From Candidatus Poribacteria bacterium (lineage in GTDB: Bacteria; Poribacteria; WGA-4E; PCPOR2b): a stretch of DNA of 64,000 nt. Of this stretch, positions 20,280 to 31,410 are shown piece after piece. Below the pieces are notes generated by a model, which had not been told where the DNA came from, searched no databases, and worked only from the letters and a program-made list of their open reading frames with translations. The stretch is taken from the NCBI GenBank assembly GCA_965215015.1, contig OZ244042.1, positions 2,112,001 through 2,176,000 of the forward strand, given 5' to 3'. The translations under genes and the position numbers were made by a program. Every line of letters starts with the position of its first letter. Position 1 is the stretch's first letter.

Positions 20280-21823
20280 CTATTTGATGATTATCATCTT
20301 CTTCGTTGTGGCAAAGTTGCCTGCTTGCAGGTGATAAAAATAGATGCCGCTGGACACAGGTTTACCTGTGTCGTTACGACCATCCCAGTAAATCGCTCTC
20401 TCTTTTGATGTATACATAGCAGCGGGTTGATGCCCGACTTCAAATGTGCGGACAACGTAACCTGTCAAATCAGAAACGGTCAAAGTAACCAAGGCATCTT
20501 CTGCCAATTGGTACGGAATCCACGTCTCGGGATTGAACGGATTTGGGAAGTTTTGGTACAGGGCATTTCTGCGTATCTGTCCCCACAAGACAAGCTGCTG
20601 CCCGAAGGGTTCGACTGAAACGCAAAATCGTCGGAGACATTATAGATATAGGCTACACCCGTACCGCCATTTTTCAAGCTAGAACCAGTGATGGCATGAT
20701 TGACACCGAGGGAGACGGAAACGCCGAATCTATCCCCTGCCTCTACGTCGCTAGCAGTCACTTTCGCCCTTTCAATCCAAGCTCCACCCTTACGTAAAAA
20801 GGAATAGACCGCGCCGGAATTGTTTCCTTTACCATCGTGTCGGTACGATCCCACGAGGGCAGCAACGTTTCCGGTAGTTCCATTGATGGAGACAGAAATT
20901 CCAAAGTCGTCCTTTGCTTTCCCGTCGCTGGCTGTAAGTTTTGCCTCTTCGATCCAAGTTTCGCCGTTGCGCACGAAGACATACGCCGCACCAGTACCGC
21001 TATTGTGCGAATGCGCCCCGACAATAGCGTACTTTCCACTGATGTGAACAGAAAAGCCAAACTCAGCGTTCCTCGCCCCGTCGTTGGCAACGAGCTTCGC
21101 CTCCTCTTTCCAAACTTTCTTGCTGCGCCTGTAGATATACGCCGAACCGGACCGATTTCCTTTATCATCGTCCCAAAGGGACCCGATGATAGCATAGTCA
21201 CCGTCGATGGAGACAGCAGAACCAAAGATGTCCCCTGCCTCTACGTCGCGGGGTGTAAATTTTTGTTGCTCTACCCATTTGTCCTTAACGCGTCCGTAGA
21301 CATACACCGAGCCGGAGTCATCGCCTTTATCATTGTCTTGGGGCATTCCGGCAATGGCGGTGTCCCCACTAAGGTCGACAGAAAAACCGAAACTGTCATT
21401 TGCTTCCCCATCGTCGGGATCGAGTTTGCCGTGTTCTTTCCAATTTTTGCCATCGTGCTGGTAGATATAGGCTGAACCAGACCACACATCATCATGATGA
21501 GAACTGACGATCGCCCAGTCGCCGTTGATGGAGACCGAACGACCGAAGAAGTCTCCTCCCGCCCCATCTTTGGCGGTGAGCTTCGCCTGCTGGACCCAAA
21601 TCCCTCCATCAAGCGCGAAAATATAGGCTGAACCAGACCGGTCTCCATCATCATCGTTACCCGGAGCACCGATAATGGTGTAGTTTCCGCTGATGGAGAC
21701 AGAAGTGCTGAAATTGTCAGCCGCCGCCGCATCACCGGCGGTCAGTTTGACTTCTGCAGTATGAGTTATGGTTGCTTGACACATCGCCAACATTACAACA
21801 AACAGGATCGGTAGTTTTTTCAT
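20280..21823 (-). CDS. Secreted FG-GAP repeat beta-propeller with WG motif and FlgD/T9SS-like C-terminal domain; single frameshift near 20619
   Basis: Seven FG.SVSI.G..AIVGA repeats; adding one T to TTT gives AFSVEPFGQQLVLWGQIRRNALYQNFPNPFNPETWIPYQL...SSGIYFYHLQAG. Confidence 0.85.
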
Positions 21824-22039
21824 GATTGTTTTCCTTTGGTTTTTCTCCTCACCTTGGATAGGTCAGAGAATTGCGATCAGTTTGCAGGAACATGCGAATG
21901 AGTAGTTGAGCAGATAAACAAATCTGAGCCCTCAGAGTTTTACCAACCTCCTTAGGTTGAACGAAGTGAAGTTCGGATTGATTGGGACAATTCAAATAGC
22001 AGATTGCTGGAGTGAAATTGACGCAACAGCAATCTTTTT

Positions 22040-22350
22040 TAGATTTTGACCGTTCTCACTTTCCACTTTTTTTCGTAATCCACGCGTATTGCATGTGCGG
22101 CGTTGTGCCCGGGGGCACCACTGACTTCGCTCCCCGTGATGTGTCTCAGCACCGCACATATACATTCCCTCAATCGGTGTGCGATTGCCACTACCTTTGA
22201 ATAACCGGGCACCTAGTAGCTGCCCAGGAAAATGACTGGTGTGATGGATGTTACCATCAGTCAGGTACACCCAGTGCTCTAAATCAATTGGTGTATACAC
22301 TAGCCAATTGATGATGATAGATTTGCGGAAATTTGGTGCGTATTTGGTCC
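22040..22350 (-). pseudogene. C-terminal remnant of a phytoene-dehydrogenase-like FAD oxidoreductase
   Basis: KYAPNFRKSII, TPIDLE..LTDGNIHH, TPIEGMYMCGA, then frameshifted VSGAPGHNAA. Confidence 0.7.
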
Positions 22351-22375
22351 ACGGATTTCACTCCCAAGTCAAGGA

Positions 22376-23437
22376 TTACTCCTCCGCATATACTACGCCT
22401 TCAATGTCGCGTGTCTCCGAGCCTTGGTTGCCTCCCCAAGACATGAAGTAGAGAATCATAAAACGGTCATCATTCAGTGGGATGATGCTGGAATAGCCGC
22501 CGATTGTACGACCAAGGGTTACTGGTTCGTGGACAGAGCGGGTTGACCATACCAGTGTCGGTGAGTTGCGCCATGTACCATTCCAGTCGCCTTCGTGAGA
22601 GTAGTCGCTGAATCCAACGCCGCACCAGCCTTGATCCAAATCGCCAACCCAGCGGTATGAGCAAAGCAGGGTGCCTTTGCGGGTAAGAAATAACGTCGGC
22701 GAGTGTCCATAGATGGGATACATGGTCAGTTCCAAGTCAGACCATGTGCGTCCTTTGTCTTCTGAGAAGGTCCAATAGAGGGGCATCATGCCGTGCCCCG
22801 CGGGGGAGTCGTCACTTGCGACCATTGCCATCAGTCTGCCATCGGGTAGTTCGATTACCTCGTTTTGGGCGATGACGCCGCGGCAGAGGATGACTCCTTC
22901 ATCCCAAGTACGACCACCGTCAATTGACCGTAGCTGAGCACTTGCTGCAACCCGTTCACCTCGAAGACGGCCCCACACCGGCATGAGCAATGTACCGTCG
23001 GACAACTCGCGAATCTTGCCGTAGGTATGCACGTCGGACCAATCAAAGGCGGCAATCTTTGTGCCGACAAGCTCAGGCTCCGACCACGATTCACCGGCGT
23101 CCGTAGACCGGCACAGATACACACCCTGATGAGGGCCTCCTATACCAGAAATGGGTAACAGTATCGTTCCATCGCTAAGCTCCGCTATGCCATGATAAGC
23201 TAGAAATGACGTTGGATGGTCAAAACGCGACGGAATAAATTGATGGATGGGCCCCTCCCACGTTTTTCCATCGTCACGGGAACGCTTCATTCCTGAGATG
23301 GTTCGTGGCTGTTTTGCATGGAGATCTGGATAACGCGCAGTAATGAGGATATCGCCATTCTGCAATCGCTCTCCGCCGGGTGTGGCGACATGACCCTCCC
23401 AGACGACGACGCGACTTTCACGGTGGAATTGTGGCAT
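22376..23437 (-). CDS. Sialidase/BNR (Asp-box) repeat protein
   Basis: Asp boxes SRDDGKTW, STDAGESW, SIDGGRTW, SEDKGRTW; GYSS. Confidence 0.85.
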   Translation of the reverse strand: MPQFHRESRVVVWEGHVATPGGERLQNGDILITARYPDLHAKQPRTISGMKRSRDDGKTWEGPIHQFIPSRFDHPTSFLAYHGIAELSDGTILLPISGIGGPHQGVYLCRSTDAGESWSEPELVGTKIAAFDWSDVHTYGKIRELSDGTLLMPVWGRLRGERVAASAQLRSIDGGRTWDEGVILCRGVIAQNEVIELPDGRLMAMVASDDSPAGHGMMPLYWTFSEDKGRTWSDLELTMYPIYGHSPTLFLTRKGTLLCSYRWVGDLDQGWCGVGFSDYSHEGDWNGTWRNSPTLVWSTRSVHEPVTLGRTIGGYSSIIPLNDDRFMILYFMSWGGNQGSETRDIEGVVYAEE

Positions 23438-23661
23438 GTCCGCCTCCTCAAAAAATTATCGGATGATTAAAAACAGGTTGACAAGACCATGTTATAGCAG
23501 AAAATCAAGCTTGTGTCACCATCAAAAATGCTGATTTTTAACCCTCACGCTTCAACCGTGAGAAAAATCCATCCAGCAACATTCCAACCTTATTGACCTG
23601 CCACATTTGAATAGATCGCCGTAGTTTAGGCCCGCATCCGTGGGTTGCCTACAGAGTCGGT

Positions 23662-24468
23662 TTATAGTGGGCCCTCTCTTACCCAATGTCGAAACAACGG
23701 CTTTACATCGTTGGGGAAAGTACCGTAAACGTCCGACGGAATGAGGGGCACGTTATTCTCCATTCCACCCGCCTCGTCTACAATGCGGGCCCGTTCATCT
23801 GAACCGGCCATCAGTACATCCAGATTCAGCCACCACGGTGCGTAACGTACCACCACCGAAGTCCGCGGTTGGTCAGTGCGATTCGGAGCGGTGGCATGCC
23901 ACATACGACTGTCCATTACGAGTACACTGCCGGCGGGACCGGTCGCCTGCATTTCGGTCGGGTAAGGGTCATTCGGATCAACGCCGTTATTTCCAGTCGG
24001 GTTGTTGTTTGATCGATGGCTGCCCGGGACAATCAGAGTGCCCCCGTTTTCGCGGGTGAACGGTGATAGCATCCATAGCGTCGTGATGTGCATCGTTGCG
24101 TCAGGATAGGGGGCGGGGATGTGCCCCGCGTTGTTCTGATTAAAGGGCCAATCGCCGTGCCACCCTCCGCGTTCATTTCCCGGATAATTGATCGTCCCAG
24201 TGGTAAAGGATACTCGCACATGGGGTCCCAACACTGCTTCGACAAGAGCGAGCATGCGTCGGTCCGCCAAGTACCGGGCTATTGATTGATCATAGCGGAT
24301 AAACCCCGGCACATGACCGATACTGTCAGGGGCGTTGGGGTTGCGATGTACAACAGTCGATCGCTCGACGCTCTCGCGTACGGCCTCAACCGCGTTTTCT
24401 GGGATGATGCCTTCCATAACACACCACCCATCAATTTTCAGGTGTTGTAGGGCTTGATCTAGATTCAT
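23662..24468 (-). CDS. Phytanoyl-CoA dioxygenase (PhyH) family protein
   Basis: WHGD, NGGTLIVPGSH, DSRMWHAT..N....R. Confidence 0.9.
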   Translation of the reverse strand: MNLDQALQHLKIDGWCVMEGIIPENAVEAVRESVERSTVVHRNPNAPDSIGHVPGFIRYDQSIARYLADRRMLALVEAVLGPHVRVSFTTGTINYPGNERGGWHGDWPFNQNNAGHIPAPYPDATMHITTLWMLSPFTRENGGTLIVPGSHRSNNNPTGNNGVDPNDPYPTEMQATGPAGSVLVMDSRMWHATAPNRTDQPRTSVVVRYAPWWLNLDVLMAGSDERARIVDEAGGMENNVPLIPSDVYGTFPNDVKPLFRHWVREGPL

Positions 24469-24480
24469 TGTAATCGCCTC

Positions 24481-25536
24481 CTACCAATCCGGGCGACCGA
24501 CATAAAGCCCCCGGTTGACCATCGGTAACGACACGCGCATACCGCCCAGACGGTCGGATTCGATCATCCCCATCAGCATTTCTTGGCTGCGGCGTGCAAG
24601 TTGAATCGGTCCCTGCGTCTCGTCCCCGGTGTCCAACGCCTCTGCGAGATTTTTAATGCCCATCTCTGTGCCGCTCTCGCGGGGTACTTCTGGAAAAGGC
24701 ATCTCCTCTAGGATACGAGAGGATTCCGCCACTTTGCGAAATTGACAGGTCATCCCGTTGTTAATGGTACGCATTTTTCCTGTTGTGCCACATACCTCAA
24801 ACTCAGGACCGGTGCCTGCTGTGTTGTAGCCGTGGACTCCGTTGGAAAAACGGACATAGCCGCCGGCGATTCTAGGGTCGGTATTGAGACGGTTTCCGTC
24901 CCAATCTTCGGGGTCGCAAATAATTGAACCTTGAACGAAGTCAATCTCTACATCACCCGCGAGATATAACAGCATATCGGCGGCATGGGTCAATCCCCAC
25001 AGGGCAGAAGTAGCACCGTATTGGGCGATGACGCATTGAACGTCGCCAATCTCTCCCGAGTCGATTAATTCGCGCATCTTGCGATAAAACGGCATAAAGC
25101 GTCGTTGCGTTCCGTAGTTAAACTTAGTGCCATTGCGCTCAACGGCATCTACCATGGCATCCGCTTCCTCCATTGAGCAGCACAGCGGTTTTTCGGCGTA
25201 GATACCTTTCACACCATGGTCAGCCGCGAAAACTGCTACTTCGGCACGTTGTGGTGGGCGGGTAGCGATGCAAACGATATCCGGTTGTTCCTTTTCAATC
25301 ATTTCGCGGTAGTCGGTATAGGTGTGTTGCGCCCCATAGCGTTGGCGAGCAGTTTCCGCCTTCTCGGCGATTACGTCCGACACTGCCACCAGATCGGTTC
25401 GATCACACGCTACGGCTGCCGCTGCATGGGAGTAAGGAATCCAGAGGAAACGCTCCGGACGGCCCGCCATTTCATCATCAATTGTGGCACCCATGCGCCC
25501 ACATCCAATTAAACATGCACGGTATTGTTTTGCCAT
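24481..25536 (-). CDS. Gfo/Idh/MocA-family oxidoreductase
   Basis: GCGRMGATIDDE, EKPL, GTQRR. Confidence 0.88.
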   Translation of the reverse strand: MAKQYRACLIGCGRMGATIDDEMAGRPERFLWIPYSHAAAAVACDRTDLVAVSDVIAEKAETARQRYGAQHTYTDYREMIEKEQPDIVCIATRPPQRAEVAVFAADHGVKGIYAEKPLCCSMEEADAMVDAVERNGTKFNYGTQRRFMPFYRKMRELIDSGEIGDVQCVIAQYGATSALWGLTHAADMLLYLAGDVEIDFVQGSIICDPEDWDGNRLNTDPRIAGGYVRFSNGVHGYNTAGTGPEFEVCGTTGKMRTINNGMTCQFRKVAESSRILEEMPFPEVPRESGTEMGIKNLAEALDTGDETQGPIQLARRSQEMLMGMIESDRLGGMRVSLPMVNRGLYVGRPDW

Positions 25537-25575
25537 CGTATACTCCTTTCGTGGAATAATTGCATGGTTGTTATG

Positions 25576-27330
25576 CTACCTTGCTGCTCGCAACTCCTCT
25601 GTAGCAATCTCGTCTACCTCGTCGGTCTGCGGGTTAATGACCACACCGTAAGCATCGCGGGCATGTGCGAGCGTAACTTTCTCTTCGAGAACATCTCTCA
25701 GCACCGCTTGTGGGTCGCGCTTGAAGGGATTTCCCCACCCGCCTGCGCCCGCAGCGACGTGACGGAATACATCGCCACGTTGGATGGTCAGCGTCGGTTT
25801 GGGGGGCAGGTAACGAGCTTCGTCGTTAGGATTCAAGATATTTTGTGATGCGGCACCGGTGCCTCCTCCTTGTAAACCGTAGGGTTGATATTTTGTACGG
25901 TCTGCGCGAATTTGCAATGTCGCTTCTTCAGCTAGCAGACGAAAGTCTCTTATCAGACTCAGGCCCCCACGGTGGAGCCCCGCGCCGCCGGTATCGGGCA
26001 AATAACTATAACTTTCAATGCGGAGCGGCAGCTCAGCTTCCAATACTTCAGCGGGATTGTTGGAGAAGTTGACCACACTGCTCGCCACCCCGTCAATCCC
26101 ATCCTTATCCAATCGCCCTCCCCATGAGCCGTAGAGAAATTCAAGGAATACAAAGCCGCGCAATTCCGTTTTTCCATCTTCCACGATACGCTCGTAGCCT
26201 CCAATGCTGACACCGGTATCGCCTCCGATTTCGCAAGCGGGGACCCGATCTGGCGCGGCTTGGGCGAGTGCACCAAAGACTACATTGGCGATACGAAAGC
26301 CGGTCAAGCCGCGTGCAGCGACGGGACCCGGGGACAATGGATTGACAATTGTGCCCTCTGGTGCAATGACTGTAATCGGGCGGAAATAGCCCCCATTGTT
26401 CGGAACATCTGCCCCCATCAAGCAGCGCACGCAGGCATAGGCTGTGGATTGCGTAAATGAGAGTGGGCAGTTGATGCCGCCTCTGACCTGTAGTGATGAG
26501 CCTGTAAAGTCAACGGTCATTTGGTTGCCGGTAATCGTGATGGTAACCGCAATCGGAATCGGGTCGGGGTCTATACCATCGTCGTCGAGGTAATCCGTAA
26601 ATGAATAAATACCATCCGGTAGCCCATCAATTTCTGCTCTTGCAGTTCGCTCGGCATAGTTGAGCAACTCTGCGAAATAGGCTGAGAGTTGCGCTGCGCC
26701 GTATTTCTCGAATAACGCCCGGACGCCTTCTTGACCGACATGCAAACATGCTAGCTCCGCTCGTAAATCACCAAGTACCTGACGCGGGATGCGTACGTTG
26801 CGAGCGATGAAATCGAATACCGTTTGATTCGCTTCGCCTTCGTCGTAGAGTTTGAGTAGTGGGATGCACAGACCTTCCTGATAAAGTTCTGTTGCGTCAC
26901 ACCCATTTCCACCCGGCGTTTTGCCCCCAATGTCGGTATGGTGCGCGATGCAGACGACGAAGGCAATCGGGGTTGAATCGTCCAGAAAAATGGGTTTGCA
27001 CAGATACATGTCGGGCAGGTGCGACCCACCTTCATACGGGTCATTGGTGATATAGATGTCACCCTCACGCATCCCCTCGCCAAACTTAGCGATAACCGCC
27101 CGCATAAATTCGGGTACAGAGCCAAGATGCAGCGGCAGCGTTAAGCCTTGCGCGATGAGTTGCCCTTCTGCGTCACACACCGCTGCAGACAAATCCATCG
27201 CATTTTTCAAATTGGATGAATACGCCGTCCGTACCAGCGTCAGGGCCATCTCATCTACCAGCGCATCCAGTGCATTTTTAATAAGTTCTGATGTAATGGG
27301 GTCAAAGGAATTTGCCGTGGCATTCATCAT
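25576..27330 (-). CDS. Hydantoinase B/oxoprolinase family protein
   Basis: NDPYEGGSHLPD, HHTDIGGKTPG, DTGGAG.HRGG, GAGGWGNP. Confidence 0.92.
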   Translation of the reverse strand: MMNATANSFDPITSELIKNALDALVDEMALTLVRTAYSSNLKNAMDLSAAVCDAEGQLIAQGLTLPLHLGSVPEFMRAVIAKFGEGMREGDIYITNDPYEGGSHLPDMYLCKPIFLDDSTPIAFVVCIAHHTDIGGKTPGGNGCDATELYQEGLCIPLLKLYDEGEANQTVFDFIARNVRIPRQVLGDLRAELACLHVGQEGVRALFEKYGAAQLSAYFAELLNYAERTARAEIDGLPDGIYSFTDYLDDDGIDPDPIPIAVTITITGNQMTVDFTGSSLQVRGGINCPLSFTQSTAYACVRCLMGADVPNNGGYFRPITVIAPEGTIVNPLSPGPVAARGLTGFRIANVVFGALAQAAPDRVPACEIGGDTGVSIGGYERIVEDGKTELRGFVFLEFLYGSWGGRLDKDGIDGVASSVVNFSNNPAEVLEAELPLRIESYSYLPDTGGAGLHRGGLSLIRDFRLLAEEATLQIRADRTKYQPYGLQGGGTGAASQNILNPNDEARYLPPKPTLTIQRGDVFRHVAAGAGGWGNPFKRDPQAVLRDVLEEKVTLAHARDAYGVVINPQTDEVDEIATEELRAAR

Positions 27331-27431
27331 CTGCTCTCTTTACCGTCAATCAAGGATAAGTTTGAGATTTAGTAGAGATTCGCTCCCATTGGGTTCGGCG
27401 ATTCAATGGAAGCGAAGGATTTTTTTTCTCT

Positions 27432-27613
27432 TAGGACTTACGCATTTCAGTAGGAAAACCGATTGGCGTTCCCTACGAACTCTTATGGAGTCTTTGTTGT
27501 AGTTACCCGATTCATCGGGCGTTAGGAAGGGGAGCCAGCGGCGATAAATCGCCGAGCTACAAGTCAAAGACTCTCGGAACGGAGGCTTCGAGCGTTCAAC
27601 TGCGTAAGTCCTA
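27432..27613. mobile_element. MITE family A
   Basis: Perfect TAGGACTTACGCA / TGCGTAAGTCCTA TIRs; REP hairpins inside. Confidence 0.82.
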
Positions 27614-27621
27614 TTTCTCTA

Positions 27622-27650
27622 TTGACATAGTACCCTGATAGTGCTACACT
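27622..27650 (+). promoter_or_regulatory. Sigma70-like promoter upstream of the TPR gene
   Basis: TTGACA-17 bp-TACACT with extended TG. Confidence 0.5.
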
Positions 27651-27789
27651 GTACCGCAAAATCAGAGAAAAATCAAGATAAAATCGGATTGACTGAGAAG
27701 AAGTTTCGGTTAGTGCATCATGGGTTTAGCTTTATCATTTGTTGACAGTGACAAACTCGTTCTAGACTTTATAATATGAGGAGTTAAGA

Positions 27790-28731
27790 ATGAAATACGT
27801 CCTTGCGATCTGCTTAATTGGAGCAAGCACTTTTTTTATTTCATGTCATGATGAAGAGGGAGCAGCACACTATAATCGCGGAAATGCTTATCAGGAAGAA
27901 GGCAGATTTAATGAAGCGATTTTAGCATACAAAAAGGCGATTGAGGTAGACTCCAACTTTGCAGAAGCGCATTATAACTTGGGAAACGCCTATTACCGCC
28001 AAGGGCAAATTGATGAAGCGGTACTAGCGTACAAAAAGGCAATCCGCATCAAGCCGGATTTTGTGGAGGCACGTAACAGCCTAGGACTCGTTTATCGTAT
28101 ACAGGACAACAATGAAGCTGCGATAGTAGAGCTCAAAGAGGCGGTCAGCATTGCCCCGGATAATGCACAAGCGCATAACAATCTGGGCCGCACTTACATG
28201 GAACAAGATAAATTTGAGGAGGCTATTGCTGCATTTGAGCGAGCAATTCAACTCAATCCGGATAGTACATACGCTTACTACTATCTCGGAAACTCCTACA
28301 AAGCACAGGGCAAGTTCGGCCAAGCCATCGCTGCGTTCAAGAAGGCTGTTGCGATAAGCCCTTACGACGCTTTATCTCATCATAATATGGGGATTTCTCT
28401 TTATAATCTGAATCGGTTCGATGAAGCCATAACTCACTTTGAAACGGCGGATCGCATTAGTCCAAACTTGGCAAATCTACACAACAACCTAGGGAATGCC
28501 TACAAAGCACAAGGTAAACTTGATGAAGCTGCTGCTGCGTTCGAGAGAGCAGCGAGCGTCAATCCGAGCGATGCAATAGCATATTACAATTTGGCAAGCA
28601 TCTATGCTGAACGAGGCGACGCTGGAGGTGCTATGAAGCAGTACAAGCAGGCCCTCCATTTGGCTCGTACCAATCCTGACCTTCAGGAACTTATCCCTGA
28701 GCTAGAAGGTCGTATTAAGGCGTTAAAATGA
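27790..28731 (+). CDS. TPR-repeat protein, probable lipoprotein
   Basis: About 8 TPRs (AHYNLGNAY...); signal ending FISC. Confidence 0.9.
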   Translation: MKYVLAICLIGASTFFISCHDEEGAAHYNRGNAYQEEGRFNEAILAYKKAIEVDSNFAEAHYNLGNAYYRQGQIDEAVLAYKKAIRIKPDFVEARNSLGLVYRIQDNNEAAIVELKEAVSIAPDNAQAHNNLGRTYMEQDKFEEAIAAFERAIQLNPDSTYAYYYLGNSYKAQGKFGQAIAAFKKAVAISPYDALSHHNMGISLYNLNRFDEAITHFETADRISPNLANLHNNLGNAYKAQGKLDEAAAAFERAASVNPSDAIAYYNLASIYAERGDAGGAMKQYKQALHLARTNPDLQELIPELEGRIKALK

Positions 28732-28895
28732 AGTAAACCCTTTCAATAGCGTCGGAGGAAAACAGGCACATTATTGGAATTGGTTATGAGTATACTGTCG
28801 TTACAAGTGCTCACCGTCTCACAAATTAATAAGTTGCCACTTAAAGCCCCAGGGGCGATATGTGTAGCATTGAGTTGATGTACAATAAATCACGA

Positions 28896-28986
28896 GACTC
28901 ATATTAAAAGAAAGTGCAAAGCACGAACAGCCCCCGAGCTTTCGGCAAAAACTCGGGGGCTGTTGCACGATTTCTTAACATGAGCC
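28896..28986. repeat. Small inverted-repeat element (family E)
   Basis: GACTCATATTAA..GTGCAA / TTGCACGATTTCTTAACATGAGCC around an internal hairpin; same end recurs near 59396. Confidence 0.5.
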
Positions 28987-29129
28987 AATCGGGAAAACCA
29001 CTATTGGTAAAGTTTCAAAGGGGAACCAGAAGAATCGCGAAGAAATATCCGGCGTCTGGGTTTAACGGATTAAATTTGATTGCCGAAGCTCGTACTGACC
29101 GATGCACATTATCGCCGAAAGGAGACGAT

Positions 29130-30476
29130 ATGCACGAAACACTGGATACCATGACAGCGGCCCCAACGCAGGGGCTCCTTGTTGGGGTAAAATTGAAAGG
29201 CGAGTTGCAGACCGATGCAGAAAGTTCACTCGAAGAATTAAGACGGCTTGCAGAAACGGCGGGGATGGACGTGCTTGCCGAAATCATACAGCCGAAAGAA
29301 ACGCCCGATCCCGCCTATTTTATCGGACGAGGAAAGTTAGAGGAATTGGAGGCGATAATCAGTGAACTCAAAGTGGAGGCGGTAATTTTTGATAACGACC
29401 TCACACCGGCACAAACTCGTAATTTGGAAAAAGGGCTTGATGTCGTCGTCATTGATCGAACAAGCCTGATTCTACAGATTTTCGCGCAACGTGCACAGAC
29501 CAAAGCTGCCAAATTACAGGTAGACCTTGCCCAACTGCAATATGCGTTGCCGCGTTTGACGCGAATGTGGACACACCTCTCTCGACTTGGCACAGGTGCA
29601 GGCGGCACAGCAGGGGTGGGGGTCGGGCGCGCTGGGGGTGTAGTCCGTGGGCCGGGCGAAACCCAACTTCAGATTGACCGACGGTTGATTCACTCACAAA
29701 TTGCGCGTGTAAAAAAAGCACTCCAGAAAGTTGAAAAGCATCGGCGCGTACAGCGGAAACAACGTCAGAAAATGATTAATATCTCGCTGGTCGGTTACAC
29801 CAATGCAGGAAAATCAACCCTCTTTAACGCTTTGGCGAGCGAGAATCGACCCGCTGAAGATAGGCTGTTTGCGACACTAGATCCAACAACCCGCTTACTC
29901 GATTTGCCGGATAACCAACATGTCTTGTTGAGTGATACAGTCGGTTTTCTCAAAAAGCTGCCACATCATCTAGTAGCTGCATTCAAGGCAACGTTAGAGG
30001 AGGTTGTAGAGGCGGACCTGCTGCTCCATGTCGTTGATGTATCCCATCCCGAAGCGGAGAGTCAGATTGATGCTGTTGATGAGGTGCTTAAAGAGTTGGG
30101 GGCCTTTGAACGACCAACGCTCATGCTGTTCAATAAGATTGATTTACTGGAGGAGGAAGAATACCTCCGGCTATTCCAGAGTAAATATCCCGATAGCCTT
30201 GCAATATCGGCGCAGAATGGCACAGGATTGGAAGCACTAAAAGGTCTACTCGCTGAACGCTTCTCAACTCAGGACGTAGATGTGGCGCTTGTGCTCTCCT
30301 ATCAAGACGGAAAGGCACTAGATTATCTGTATAAGCATGGTGAAGTGTTCGATACGGACTATCAAGGTCAGTCAATCCGAGTCAAAGCGAAGCTTCCACA
30401 ACGCTATTTGAAGGCTTTGGACCGCCTCACAACCAATTCGACCGCTGTCATACTAGATTCAAAGATTAATGCGTAA
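29130..30476 (+). CDS. hflX: GTPase HflX
   Basis: GPGETQLQIDRR, GYTNAGKST, LFATLDPT, DTVGF, NKID; AAGGAG RBS before ATG at 29130. Confidence 0.96.
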   Translation: MHETLDTMTAAPTQGLLVGVKLKGELQTDAESSLEELRRLAETAGMDVLAEIIQPKETPDPAYFIGRGKLEELEAIISELKVEAVIFDNDLTPAQTRNLEKGLDVVVIDRTSLILQIFAQRAQTKAAKLQVDLAQLQYALPRLTRMWTHLSRLGTGAGGTAGVGVGRAGGVVRGPGETQLQIDRRLIHSQIARVKKALQKVEKHRRVQRKQRQKMINISLVGYTNAGKSTLFNALASENRPAEDRLFATLDPTTRLLDLPDNQHVLLSDTVGFLKKLPHHLVAAFKATLEEVVEADLLLHVVDVSHPEAESQIDAVDEVLKELGAFERPTLMLFNKIDLLEEEEYLRLFQSKYPDSLAISAQNGTGLEALKGLLAERFSTQDVDVALVLSYQDGKALDYLYKHGEVFDTDYQGQSIRVKAKLPQRYLKALDRLTTNSTAVILDSKINA

Positions 30477-30529
30477 ATCGAATCCTCGATTCGCTCGGGG
30501 GACTTAACCACATATCCCTAATCAATTGG

Positions 30530-31189
30530 ATGGTATTAGGAATGCTGCGACATCTGTATGGTGAGGTCTATTACTGGACTGAACGCCACGGCAGCCCTGA
30601 AACAATTTATGATTGGAACAGCTACGCGATTCGTATAGATCGGGCAAACGTCTTGGCATTGGTTGATCCGCTACCTTTGACGGTTGGGGAGATTCGACAA
30701 ATTGAGAGAATCAGGGTGCCAACCCACATCCTCTTGACCTGCAACTGGCATCTCAGAGAAGCCGAGATTTTCCGACAGCGATGGGACTGTAAAATTTACC
30801 TTAACACACTCGGATCGGCAGAGGTGGAAACGACGATAGACGGTACGTTTCAGGATCGAGATCGACTGTGGGACGCTATCGAAGCGATTCATATTCCCCA
30901 TGCTGGTTGGACAGAAGAGACAGCGTTTTTAGTGGAGCAGGCTAACGGACTTCTCATCGTAGGAGATGCGGTGTGTGGCGGACGAGCAGATATTGGTGTG
31001 CCTGAAGGTGAGATCGGTATCTTTACCAATCAAATTGAGCATATTCCGGATCGTCAAAAAGCACGAAATTCGTTGGTGAATCTGATGGAATATCCCTTTG
31101 ATGCCATCTGTTTTGCACATGGCTTTCCAATTCTGTATCAGGCGAAAGCGGCATTACAGCGATTTATCGATACAAATACCTTGAAGTAG
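30530..31189 (+). CDS. MBL-fold-like hypothetical protein
   Basis: LVDP, LLTCNWHLR, GDA, CFAHG pattern. Confidence 0.6.
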   Translation: MVLGMLRHLYGEVYYWTERHGSPETIYDWNSYAIRIDRANVLALVDPLPLTVGEIRQIERIRVPTHILLTCNWHLREAEIFRQRWDCKIYLNTLGSAEVETTIDGTFQDRDRLWDAIEAIHIPHAGWTEETAFLVEQANGLLIVGDAVCGGRADIGVPEGEIGIFTNQIEHIPDRQKARNSLVNLMEYPFDAICFAHGFPILYQAKAALQRFIDTNTLK

Positions 31190-31282
31190 GGCGAAGCCCG
31201 ATAAACAATTTAGTTTCCAGAGATGAAAGGTAAATATTGAATGCCTCAAGGCCTCGTAATGACGGTTCAGCCTCCACAATTC

Positions 31283-31379
31283 GTAGGGACTAACGATCGT
31301 TAGTCCCTACATACACATGGCTCCTTAGCCTTTGTCCCTTTCTATGAGCCAGTAGGGAACGCAAATCTGCGTTCCCTAC
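31283..31379. repeat. Two GTAG...CTAC palindromic REP-like hairpins
   Basis: GTAGGGACTAACGATCGTTAGTCCCTAC and GTAGGGAACGCAAATCTGCGTTCCCTAC between convergent genes. Confidence 0.8.
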
Positions 31380-31410
31380 AATCTGAAGTGCGTAAGCGCA
31401 AATGCAAGCC

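Noticed and set aside
28914-29129. N-terminal extension of HflX (likewise extensions from 55122, 59373 and 20244)
   Set aside because: Most extensions run through repeat elements or low-information sequence; downstream ATGs, most with a clear RBS, fit better.
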